A DNA stretch of 64,000 nt from Eledone cirrhosa (taxonomy: Eukaryota). The notes below the pieces were generated by a model. The model worked only from the letters and a program-made list of their open reading frames with translations, did no database searches and had not been told where the DNA came from. Location: NCBI GenBank assembly GCA_964016885.1, contig OZ024763.1, forward strand, positions 8,804,001-8,868,000, written 5' to 3'. The position numbers and the translations under genes are program-made. Positions 1 through 9,191 of this stretch are shown here, one piece after another (the stretch's first letter is position 1; every line of letters starts with the position of its first letter).

Positions 1-130
1 GCATTTAAACCGGCCATATCCGGCCAGAATACTCACACTTCTTTCTGTTCAAACCGGCTGTAACTTGCTACTCATACTGATGTTAAGGTATTGTTCTCAA
101 AATAAATATCAAAATCTAATCTCATAAATT
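1..130 (+). mobile_element. Partial copy of TTAA/CCCTTT-ended MITE (piggyBac-like non-autonomous element)
   Basis: gcatttaaaccggcc...ctcatactgatgttaaggtattgttctcaaaataaatatcaaa is shared with copies at 5105, 55125 and the reverse copies at 4900 and 54381. Confidence 0.75.
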
Positions 131-199
131 CAATAGTACTAGGCACAGTATGAGCAGCTCAATAAATTAATTAATTTGGGGGTTATATACTAATTTATA

Positions 200-505
200 T
201 TTAGTGGAGGACATCTGTCATCTGTTTATTATTTCAGTAGAGGACATCTGTTTATTATTTCAGTAAGGGACATCTGTTTATTATTTCAGTAGGGGTCATC
301 TGTTTATTATTTCAGTAGGGGACATCTGTCATCTGTTTATTATTTCAGTAGGGGACATCTGTCATCTGTTTATTATTTCAGTAAGGGACATCTGTCATCT
401 GTTTATTATTTCAGTAGGGGACATTTGTCATCTGTTTATTATTTCAGTAGAGGACATCTGTCTATTATTTCAGTAAGGGACATCTTTCATCTGTTTATTA
501 TTTTT
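200..505 (+). repeat. Intronic minisatellite, 26-33 bp unit (catctgtttattatttcagtaggggacatctgt), 9 copies of TTTCAGTA
   Basis: Tandem units are directly visible and end at the splice acceptor of the exon at 516. Confidence 0.9.
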
Positions 506-515
506 AATTTTTCAG

Positions 516-679
516 GAAGGGATCTGTATTTTAACAGGTCTTCCGTATAACGAAGATGAAAAAGGTAACGCCAAATGGAACTCCATGGAAAACATCAAAC
601 TTTATGAGTTTGAGACCTCTTTTACTCTGTATGGCCTCACAAAAGCTTTCAATGTACAAACCAGCACCTGGATGGTCAA
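516..679 (+). CDS. LPCAT3: Internal coding exon of lysophospholipid acyltransferase (LPCAT3/MBOAT5-like); upstream exons lie outside the window
   Basis: Acceptor ttttcag|GAA at 515/516 and donor AA|gtgagt at 679/680. Translates EGICILTGLPYNEDEKGNAKWNSMENIKLYEFETSFTLYGLTKAFNVQTSTWMVK, matching the LPCAT3 segment EGVCILTGL...KGKAKW...FN.NT..W as I recall it. Too short for the ORF track. Confidence 0.9.
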
Positions 680-854
680 GTGAGTAGCTTTCTCTTTCTT
701 TATTGCTGTCTAGCTCCTTGTTAAGTCGTCAAACCTATGTTGACAGGGAAAGTGGACATTATACAATGATGATAACATTGCTGACCACACTGCTTTAACA
801 TGTTGGGGAATGTTTTTAAAAAATATTTTGATTTAATTCATTAAATTCATTTCT

Positions 855-1140
855 GAAGGGTCTTTGGAGTAAGGTTACTCAATAAAGTGCTTAGATCAGA
901 GAGTCACTCCAAGTAGAGCTGATACTATGGACAGTTGGTTAGAATGTCTCAAGAAAGACTCGGTGAACAGATTTTATAGGGCAAAACCAGCCGGCAGTAG
1001 ACCCAAGAGTAGAACCCAAGCAAGATGGCTGGTCACACTGGGGGATCCAACCGGATCAGTTGGAGACGGTTGCTTCTGACAAGACCTACTGAAGGGTGTG
1101 TTTGAGGACTCTGCACCCAGGAATAAGTGAGCGAAGAAGA
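855..1140 (+). mobile_element. Decayed RTE-clade LINE 3' end
   Basis: Broken frames read G.LVRMSQERL..IL and AKPAGSRPKSRTQARW, like the RTE C-terminal GH..RM...R...GRRPRGRP..RW motif. Contains stops and frameshifts. Confidence 0.6.
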
Positions 1141-1267
1141 ATATTTAAAAAAGATATTCCATCATTATCCTCTCCATACTGTATCGGATTAGTACGGGAG
1201 GAGTGGGGTGGGTGGTTATGTTTTTATGTCTCTTACCTGTTATCATTCTCACCTGTTATTTCGGTAG

Positions 1268-1415
1268 GTACTTGATGAAAAGGTTACGGTTCTTGGGCAA
1301 CAAAGAACTTTCCAAATTCATCACATTCGGATATCTGGCATTGTGGCATGGACTATACACGGGATATTTCAACACTTTCTTCTTAGAGTTCATGATGATT
1401 ACTGCTGAATCATTT
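1268..1415 (+). CDS. LPCAT3: LPCAT3-like coding exon carrying the catalytic MBOAT His (WHG)
   Basis: Acceptor tag|G and donor TTT|gtacgt. Phase joins the previous exon (AA+G = Lys). Translates YLMKRLRFLGNKELSKFITFGYLALWHGLYTGYFNTFFLEFMMITAESF, close to the LPCAT3 segment KRLKFLGNKELS...LALWHG..GY. Confidence 0.95.
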
Positions 1416-1477
1416 GTACGTAACATTTATTTTTATATTTTCTCTATATGTGTATATATGTTTGTCTGTGTGTTTAT

Positions 1478-1535
<58 letters not shown>

Positions 1536-1736
1536 ATGTATACATGTATGTGTATATATGTCGTCATCACTGTTTTACGTCAATGCTAGTATGGGTTAGA
1601 CAGGTTGTCCTGTTGTGGGCAATGCCAGGTCCACAACAGGACAATCCATCTAACCCATGCTAGCGTGAAGACATACATATCTGTATGGATGAATATATAT
1701 TTGTGTGTGTATATAGGTATGTATGTATAAGCACAA

Positions 1737-1900
1737 ACAACAATCACCATCATCCCCATCATGATGGTGATGAGTGTTGGTGATGATGATGATGATAATG
1801 ACAGTATTGACAATGATGGTGACAACGATGATGACGATCGTGATGACAGCACTGATGATTGTGATGACAATGCCAGTGACAATAACAATGACAACAATGT
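1737..1900. repeat. Degenerate trinucleotide repeat (GAT/GAC/AAT)
   Basis: Directly visible; explains the poly-Asp and poly-Met ORFs. Confidence 0.85.
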
Positions 1901-1941
1901 ATTCACGTTCTCTCTCTCATCGTCTCTCTTCTCCTTTTCAG

Positions 1942-2097
1942 ATCATCAGCCGTTTACAAGACAAAATAGGGGCCCTACCTGCAGGGAAAATCAATTCACT
2001 TTGGTTGTGGTTTTTCTTGAGATTCATCTATTGCCAGTTTTATTGGGGTTATGCATTAGTATCATTTGAGTTGTTACAGTATAAAAAGTACATGATG
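1942..2097 (+). CDS. LPCAT3: LPCAT3-like coding exon (transmembrane segment)
   Basis: Polypyrimidine tract plus ttttcag|ATC; donor ATG|gtaagt; 156 nt, phase 0/0. Translates IISRLQDKIGALPAGKINSLWLWFFLRFIYCQFYWGYALVSFELLQYKKYMM. Confidence 0.88.
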
Positions 2098-2720
2098 GTA
2101 AGTGGACCCCTTTCTTGATTGGTTGGTTTTTATTTAGATTTAGTTTTAGTTGCTTTTTTATTTTTTGTTTTACTGTTAGGTATGAATTCATTGAGTAATA
2201 AACCACTATTTGTATGGTTGTTGTTGTGTGTGTGTATATATAAGAAAAGAGTCAGGACCCCAACGGCTGAGCTCCAGCCGTTTCGACTGCTAGCTGTCGA
2301 AACGGCTTGAGCTCTGCCGTTGGGGGTCCTGACTCTTTTCGTATTACCCACTCTACTACTCTAAGTATTGAGTACTCTGGTGCGTTATGGTCCACCTGGT
2401 TCCTTACCACACTTCCTTCATTATATATATATATATATATATGTATGTATATATATGTCTGTGACAACGATGACACCTGGGTCGCAGGCCGTCCCTGAAT
2501 CAAATATTTTTTCTATTTCTGTTTGTCTATGCCGAAATTCCTTTATTGAGTAACTGATTATGCAATCTCCACCTGATGATGCCACCAGGATCTTACATAA
2601 CCAGGCCATTGAAATATATATAGTGTTTTCGCAAGAATAAAACTTTAAAGGAACATCACTAGTCCTGCCTCCTGTGCCTTGGTATTGTCCCCTACATGTC
2701 GGCCCTTGTGGCCAATGAAA

Positions 2721-2722
<2 letters not shown>

Positions 2723-2770
<48 letters not shown>
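2723..2770. repeat. (ATT)n microsatellite abutting the acceptor of the last coding exon
   Basis: Directly visible. Confidence 0.95.
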
Positions 2771-2776
2771 TTCTAG

Positions 2777-2884
2777 GTTTATTCCTCGTTGTACTTCATT
2801 GGTCATCTCAGTCATCCTTTAGTCAGTTTATTTGTATTTTTGAATGTAAAACGAAAACCTAAACCTAAAGAGGCGAAGGATTGA
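2777..2884 (+). CDS. LPCAT3: Last coding exon of the LPCAT3-like gene, ending in TGA
   Basis: Acceptor ttttctag|GTT. Translates VYSSLYFIGHLSHPLVSLFVFLNVKRKPKPKEAKD*, compare LPCAT3 VYKSIYFLGH followed by a Lys-rich tail. Confidence 0.88.
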   Translation, partial: VYSSLYFIGHLSHPLVSLFVFLNVKRKPKPKEAKD

Positions 2885-3229
2885 AACACGGTAAGTCTCT
2901 CATCTGGTCTTTGCTTTTGTGTGTGTGTTATATGTTAGTGCTGGGGCTGGTGCCATAATAAAAAAGACACTCAGTATACCCAGTCTACCCTGTAAGGTGG
3001 TAGAGATAAAAAATGCATTTATTTCTCTCTCGCTACTTATATGTCTATCTATATATATATATATCTGTCTAACAATGTATATTTATCTGTCCACCTGTCT
3101 CTCTCTCTGTCTACCTGCTTGTCTATCTGTCTATCTCTATCTCTCTCTTTCTATCTCGGTCTGTCTGTGTGTCTATCTATCTATCTATCTATTTATATAA
3201 ATCTATCTATCTGTCTATGTCTATCGCAG

Positions 3230-3626
3230 GATCCAAAGTCCTCTGAGTATGCTGCTGCTGTTGCCGCTACTGCTGCTGTCATTGCTGCTGCTGGTGTTAA
3301 TTGCTGTGCCACGGGATCAATTCCTGCCCTTCCTGTATCTTCAAATCTCATGTGATGAAATTACAAAAAAAATATATATATGTATATAAAATATATATAT
3401 ATATATGTATATAAAATATATATATATATGTATATATAATTATATATATGTATGTGTTTTTATATATATATATATATATACATACATACGTGTATATATA
3501 TATGTGCATATAATATATATATATACATATATATATGTGCTTATATATAATATATGTATATATATATTTATGTCTCTATATATATATATGTCTATATATA
3601 TACATATATATGTCTATATATACATA

Positions 3627-3667
<41 letters not shown>

Positions 3668-3820
3668 GTATATATATAATTATATGTAAACATAAAACAA
3701 ATTATAATAATGATGATAAAATATAAATAAAAACAACCCCTCCAATTCTATCCCCCCTCCTTTCCTTTGAAAAAAAATCTTTAAAAAAAAAACAAAAAAA
3801 CTAAAACTAAAATAAAAAAT
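3230..3820 (+). other. Probable non-coding terminal (3'UTR) exon of the LPCAT3-like gene
   Basis: Strong donor CG|gtaagt at 2890/2891, 6 nt after the stop. Acceptor tcgcag|G at 3229/3230 follows a long pyrimidine-rich (TCTA/TCTG) tract. AATAAA at 3726 and 3811; the true 3' end is uncertain. Confidence 0.5.
3372..3690. repeat. (TA)n-rich microsatellite in the putative 3'UTR
   Basis: Directly visible. Confidence 0.9.
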
Positions 3821-4105
3821 ATATTTGGATATTTTTTTCCTGAGAAAGTCAAAAGAAAGTGTTTGAAAGAAAATTCTATTTTATTTTTTGACAAAAAAAA
3901 ACAAAACTACCTGATCCCCTCCTCTCTTTCTTTCTCTCCTCTCTCACCTGGAAAAAAACAAAACAAAAGAAAACAAAAAAACAATACAATGGAAATACTT
4001 AACTTTGAATATTTATAATTAATTCCTTTAATTAATTGATTGATTTTCATTAATTCTTCCCCTCTTCCCCCACTCTCTCTCTCTCCCCCTCTTCAGATAA
4101 ATTCT

Positions 4106-4143
<38 letters not shown>

Positions 4144-4223
4144 TGTTCTCGTCATCAATGTAATATGATGATGATGATCATCATCATCACAATAATAATG
4201 ATGGTCATTATTATTATTACTAC

Positions 4224-4490
4224 AACGGGGTTGATAAAATAAAGTACCAGTAATACACTGGCATTCATATAATCGACTTACCTCTCCCCTCAAAATTGCT
4301 GGCCTTGTGCCTCAATCAGAAATTATTATTATTATTATTATTGTTAGAGTGGCCGAATCGTTAGAGCGTTGGACGCGATGTTTCGTTACCGTTTTTTTTT
4401 GTGCTGAGTTCAAATCCTGCCGAGATCGATTAAAGCATATAGTACCAGTCGCATACTGGGATCAATTCTTCCTCTATATATCTTCCCCTC
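4224..4490 (+). mobile_element. Fragments of tRNA-derived SINE family A (two pieces)
   Basis: cggggttgataaaataaagtaccagtaatacactgg...aattgctggccttgtgcc and a head tggccgaatcgttagagcg...gagttcaaatcctgccgag. The same family occurs at 52330, 53500 and 62077. Confidence 0.65.
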
Positions 4491-4568
4491 TCTTCCTTGT
4501 GTGTGTGTGTGTACATACGTACAAATTATATATACATATGTATATGTATACATACATACATACATACA

Positions 4569-4603
<35 letters not shown>

Positions 4604-4899
4604 CTATGTATACATATATATATATACATACATATGTATATATATATATATATATACACACACAGACAGACCAGGAAGAATTGACCCCAGTATGTAGCTG
4701 CTACTGTATTATAATCAACCTCAAAACAGAGAGAGGTCAAAGGTAAGGTCTGCTGGCATTTGAACTCACAACATTGAGAACTGGAACAAATACTTCAACA
4801 TTTCCTGTCCTAACTCTCTAACAACTGTGTCAACTTGTTGCTATATTGGACTACCACATACCTTGTTGTGTTTAATCCCTCATCCCTCACCCAGGTTTT

Positions 4900-5103
4900 C
4901 TTTAACATTTACATTACTTTATATTTACTATATTTTCACGGTAAACACTTTATTTCACATAATTATCTCACATAATATCGAATCTATGAGATTTTGATGA
5001 TATTTATTTTGGGAACAATACCTTAACATCAGTATGAATGATTGGTTATGGCCAGTTTAAATAGGAAGAGGTGAGAGAATTCTGGCCGGATACGGCCGAT
5101 TTA
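4900..5103 (-). mobile_element. TTAA-type MITE copy, reverse orientation, head-to-head with the next copy
   Basis: Reverse complement of the 55121-55302 element (ctttaacatttacatt...gaacaataccttaacatcagtatga...gaattctggccggata). Confidence 0.75.
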
Positions 5104-5250
5104 GCTCTTTAAAGCATTTAAACCGGCCCTATCAGGCCAGAATTTTCTCACCTCTTTCTGTTCAAACTGGCTGTATCCAGCCGCTCATATTGATGTTAAG
5201 GTATTGTTCTCAACAAAATATGTAACTTGAAAATCTCGTAGCTTTGATAT

Positions 5251-5470
5251 CAACAGTCAATCAACTTTCGTCAAATCAGACCGAAGTAACAAAGTTTCCG
5301 TTAGTCTTTCCAATTGCTAATACTATCTATCGTTCGCAGCTCCAGGTAGAAGGAGCAACACGAAATAGTGTTTTGCCCAAAGACATAACACATTGCTTGG
5401 TCCGGGAATCAAACTCACAACCTCACGATTGTGAATCTAGTTCTCTAACCACTCAGCTACGAGCCTTCAC
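5251..5470 (-). mobile_element. Full-length tRNA-derived SINE (family B, CORE-like central domain) with 12-bp target-site duplication
   Basis: Minus strand gtgaagg...tagctgagtggttag (A box), gagtttgattcc (B box), gtctttgggcaaaacac (CORE-like). Flanked by TAGCTTTGATAT at 5239-5250 and 5471-5482. A similar copy lies at 49979-50190. Confidence 0.85.
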
Positions 5471-5479
5471 TAGCTTTGA

Positions 5480-6600
5480 TATTATGTGAGGTAAAGCCTT
5501 TACCATGAAAATATAATCGTATATATAGAGTAATGTAAAAGTTATGTGGGGTAAAGCCTTTACAGTGAAAATACAATAGTATATATAGAGTAATGTAAAA
5601 GTTATGTGAGGTAAAGCCTTTACAGTGAAAATACAATAGTATATATAGACTAATGTAAAAGTTATGTGAGGTAAAGCCTTTACAGTGAAAATACAATAGT
5701 AGATATAGAGTAATGTAAAAGTTATGTGAGGTAAAGCCTTTACTGTGAAAATACAATAGTATATATAGAGTAATGTAAATGTTATGTGAGATATTATGTG
5801 AGGTAAAGCCTTTACTGTGAAAATACAATAGTATATATAGAGTAATGTAAATGTTATGTGAGGTAAAGCCTTTACTGTGAAAATACAATAGTATATATAG
5901 AGTAATGTAAATGTTATGAGCTATTATGTGAGGTAAAGCCTTTACTGTGAAAATACAATAGTATATATAGGGTAATGTAAATGTTATGTGAGATATTATG
6001 TGAGGTAAAGCCTTTACTGTGAAAATACAATAGTATATATAGAGTAATGTAAATGTTATGTGAGATATTATGTAAGGTAAAGCCTTTACTGTGAAAATAC
6101 AATAGTATATATAGAGTAATGTAAATGTTATGAGCTATTATGTGAGGTAAAGCCTTTACTGTGAAAATACAATAGTATATATAGAGTAATGTAAATGTTA
6201 TGCGAGATATTATGTGAGGTAAAGCCTTTACTGTGAAAATACAATAGTATATATAGAGTAATGTAAATGTTATGTGAGGTAAAGCCTTTACTGTGAAAAT
6301 ACAATAGTATATATAGAGTAATGTAAATGTTATGTGAGATATTGTGAGGTAAAGCCTTTACTGTGAAAATACAATAGTATATGGAGAGTAATGTAAATGT
6401 TATGTGAGATATTGTGAGGTAAAGCCTTTACTGTGAAAATACAATAGTATATATAGAGTAATGTAAATGTTATGCGAGATATTATGTGAGGTAAAGCCTT
6501 TACAGTGAAAATACAATAGTATATATAGGGTAATGTAAATGTTATGTGAGGTAAAGCCTTTACTGTGAAAATACAATAGTATAGAGAGGGTAATGTAGAT
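5480..6600 (+). repeat. 60-bp minisatellite (60/70/72-bp variants), 17 copies
   Basis: Unit ttatgtgaggtaaagcctttactgtgaaaatacaatagtatatatagagtaatgtaaatg; GTAAAGCCTTTA occurs 17 times. Confidence 0.95.
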
Positions 6601-6799
6601 GTTAAAGGGTTAAATTCTATCTATTGTGCTCAACTTTCACTTCCATCCATCTGTCAGTCCACGTTTCATGAATTATGTAACCTCACCTACCAGTCCCTGT
6701 ACCAGTAATACGCCACGGTTTAAGACAATCGACTATAACCTCCCACCTTCCCTCCTTCCCCTCACAAAGTAAGTTTGTTGGGTCCTCTTTTTCTTTCAT

Positions 6800-7131
6800 T
6801 TTATATATGTATGTATATGGATATATATATATGTGTATATACATATATATATATATGTGTGTGTGTGTATATTATATACAATCGTTGATGTTCTTTGAAA
6901 GGGAGAGGCATGACAGCCACAACTGACCATCTACCTTAAGTTTCCATGTTGGAAAGTCATCAGGAGACGCTGGGAGAAGGGTGAGATTGCAGTTGTCATG
7001 GTAACTGAACATTCAACTACTCAACAACTAAATATGGATATTTGGAAACATTGATGATGTTGATGATGATGATGAAACATACATTGTGTTGTCAGCATAT
7101 ACATATATATATATGTGTGTATACATATATA

Positions 7132-7176
<45 letters not shown>

Positions 7177-7945
7177 ATACAGCCAAATGGTTAAGTGTGT
7201 GTGTTTGTGTGTATATAGGTGTATATATATATATATGTGTGTGTGTGTGCATGTGAATGTATATATGTGTGTATACAGCCAAATGGTTGTCTGTGTATAT
7301 ATATATATATATATAGGTATATGTATATATATATATGTGTGAATGTATATGTATATGACCAAGAGGTTAAGAAGTTACAAAGTGTGTGTGTATACACACA
7401 CACATATATATATATATATATGTGTGTGTATATGTATATATACAGAGAGAGGAGAGGGTGGTGATGATGATGATGATAGTAAATGAATCCTTGTATTTAT
7501 CCTGAAGTGGAGGAAGGTTCTGGAGAGAAGATTCTTCATTGAGAAGCTTGTGTCTTACGCATCACATACACATATATGTATATATATATATATACACATA
7601 CATCTACACACATATATATATACATACATCTATCCATATATATATATACACGTTGACATATATACCCATACACACTAACACGTTGACACATACATATAGT
7701 ACACGCATGTTGACATAACACACACACATATTATACACGTTGACATATACATCTACACATATATTTTACATACATGGTATATATACACGTCTACACATAC
7801 ATTACATGTTGATATATACATACATATATCTACACATATTTCATACACGTTGACATACGTAAACAAACATGTCAATGTAACACAAATGTTGACATACACA
7901 TACATATATTACATATATTTCTATGTCATATACATACACATATAA
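6800..7945. repeat. Mixed (TA)/(TG)/(CA) microsatellite region with degenerate acacgttgacata repeats
   Basis: Directly visible; gttgacata recurs from 7650 to 7895. Confidence 0.8.
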
Positions 7946-8121
7946 ACAGATCTTTAAATAAATTGTTGGTATTGAGTGTTTTTAAAAAAAATCCTGTCCA
8001 CATTGTTAACTAAAACAAATTTAAATTTTCTTTTAAAAATGTATCCTGTGTTTGTTTTTATTTCTTTACATTTTAAATATTGTTTGTGTTGTCTAATGTA
8101 TGAATATTGTATCATCTAGAG

Positions 8122-8294
8122 TAGGCTTGTCAAACATATGGCCCTTTACAGGCACACCTGCGGCCCCCACAAAGGTTGTTACAGCGCGAGCATGTTTTAT
8201 CTTCGTAATTTAAAATTAAAAAAATTAGTTGTAATGTGCTCAATAGTTGTGTGACCCATGTGGCGCTCGAGGGACCCCCAGTTTGACATGCCTG
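8122..8294. mobile_element. Non-autonomous hAT (Charlie-like) MITE
   Basis: Terminal inverted repeats taggcttgtcaaac / gtttgacatgcctg with internal ggccc motifs. Left flank aTCTAGAg resembles a Charlie target site, but the right-hand TSD is not preserved. Confidence 0.6.
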
Positions 8295-8419
8295 ACGTCC
8301 AGGTTCACAATCTCTTATCGGAAAACCTTGTGACTGAACATTTTTTGGTTTTCGGAATGGAAGATTTTTAGCATAGATTTTAAAGTTTTTTTTAGATAGA
8401 ACATTAGAAGGGACAAGGT

Positions 8420-8645
8420 GGCTCAGTGGTAGAATAATATGCTGCAGATCATGATCAAGCTTCTGCAATAATTCTTTCTGTGTTATCGATGACAACAAAC
8501 GCTTCCTTTTCTGCTTCATACAGAAACAGACCCCATAAAGTTGAAGTCTTTGGACAAATTCCTTCAAGAAATCTCAGGTAAACCTCCTAAACCTGGATAT
8601 GTCTTCGTAAACAATAACTCTCTACTTGAGTGGACCATGGTGTCC
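8420..8645 (+). mobile_element. Decayed CR1-like LINE 3' end
   Basis: Reads NSFCVI... and LKSLDKFLQEISGKPPKPGYVFVNNNSLLEW, resembling the invertebrate CR1-type C-terminus (FK..LDKFL..IPD.P...GY....NSL..W). Confidence 0.55.
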
Positions 8646-8730
8646 AAATCTCAATTTTAAAAATGCTAGGTGCTGCTATTAAGATAGACATGGCTTGGGC
8701 TAATACTGGCCAAAACCTATCAAAGTTAAG

Positions 8731-8767
<37 letters not shown>

Positions 8768-9191
8768 CACACACACACATGTATATATTAATACATAATA
8801 TATATGCCAGGTGGGGTTATTAAGATGGACATGGCTTGGGCCAATACTGGCCAAAACCTATCAAAGAGGAATCTGCAGCTTTTTTCATATTTTCAGTCTT
8901 CAAAGTAAAAAAAGTAAATCACCAAAAAATAAACCAAATCTCCGTGATCAGCAGCAGTGACATGAGCCTGGTAGGAGCACTGAGACACAACTGTGTAACC
9001 TGGGTTGACTCTGGGTCTTTTGGGTCAAGTTTGGTGCCAAACTCAAGCTTAGGTGTGCAGATGACAAAAAATGTTCTGTAATAGCGTGGAAGATGGATGT
9101 TAAACAATAATGATGGTATATATATATATATATAAATATATTGGAGTGTGCTCTGAAATTACAGTAGCTAGAGTCAGAACTGGATGGAAAA

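Larger units (their letters stand above)
5105..6613 (+). mobile_element. TTAA-type MITE copy carrying a nested SINE and an expanded subterminal tandem array
   Basis: Starts ...gcatttaaaccggcc and ends atgttaaagggTTAA at 6613; interrupted at 5251-5470. Confidence 0.75.

Noticed and set aside
1203-1589. 128-aa ORF as a complete gene
   Set aside because: Only 1268-1415 is exon; the rest is intron and microsatellite read-through.
1586-2118. Poly-Ser, poly-Asp and poly-Met ORFs
   Set aside because: Trinucleotide repeat; only 1942-2097 is a real exon.
3230-3355. Ala-rich coding exon (DPKSSEYAAAVAATAA...)
   Set aside because: The preceding exon already ends in TGA at a position matching the LPCAT3 C-terminus; the Ala run comes from a GCT repeat and is most simply 3'UTR.
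5457-6102. Repetitive ORFs (YFHSKGFTSHN...)
   Set aside because: Translation of the 60-bp MITE-derived minisatellite; no splice or start context.
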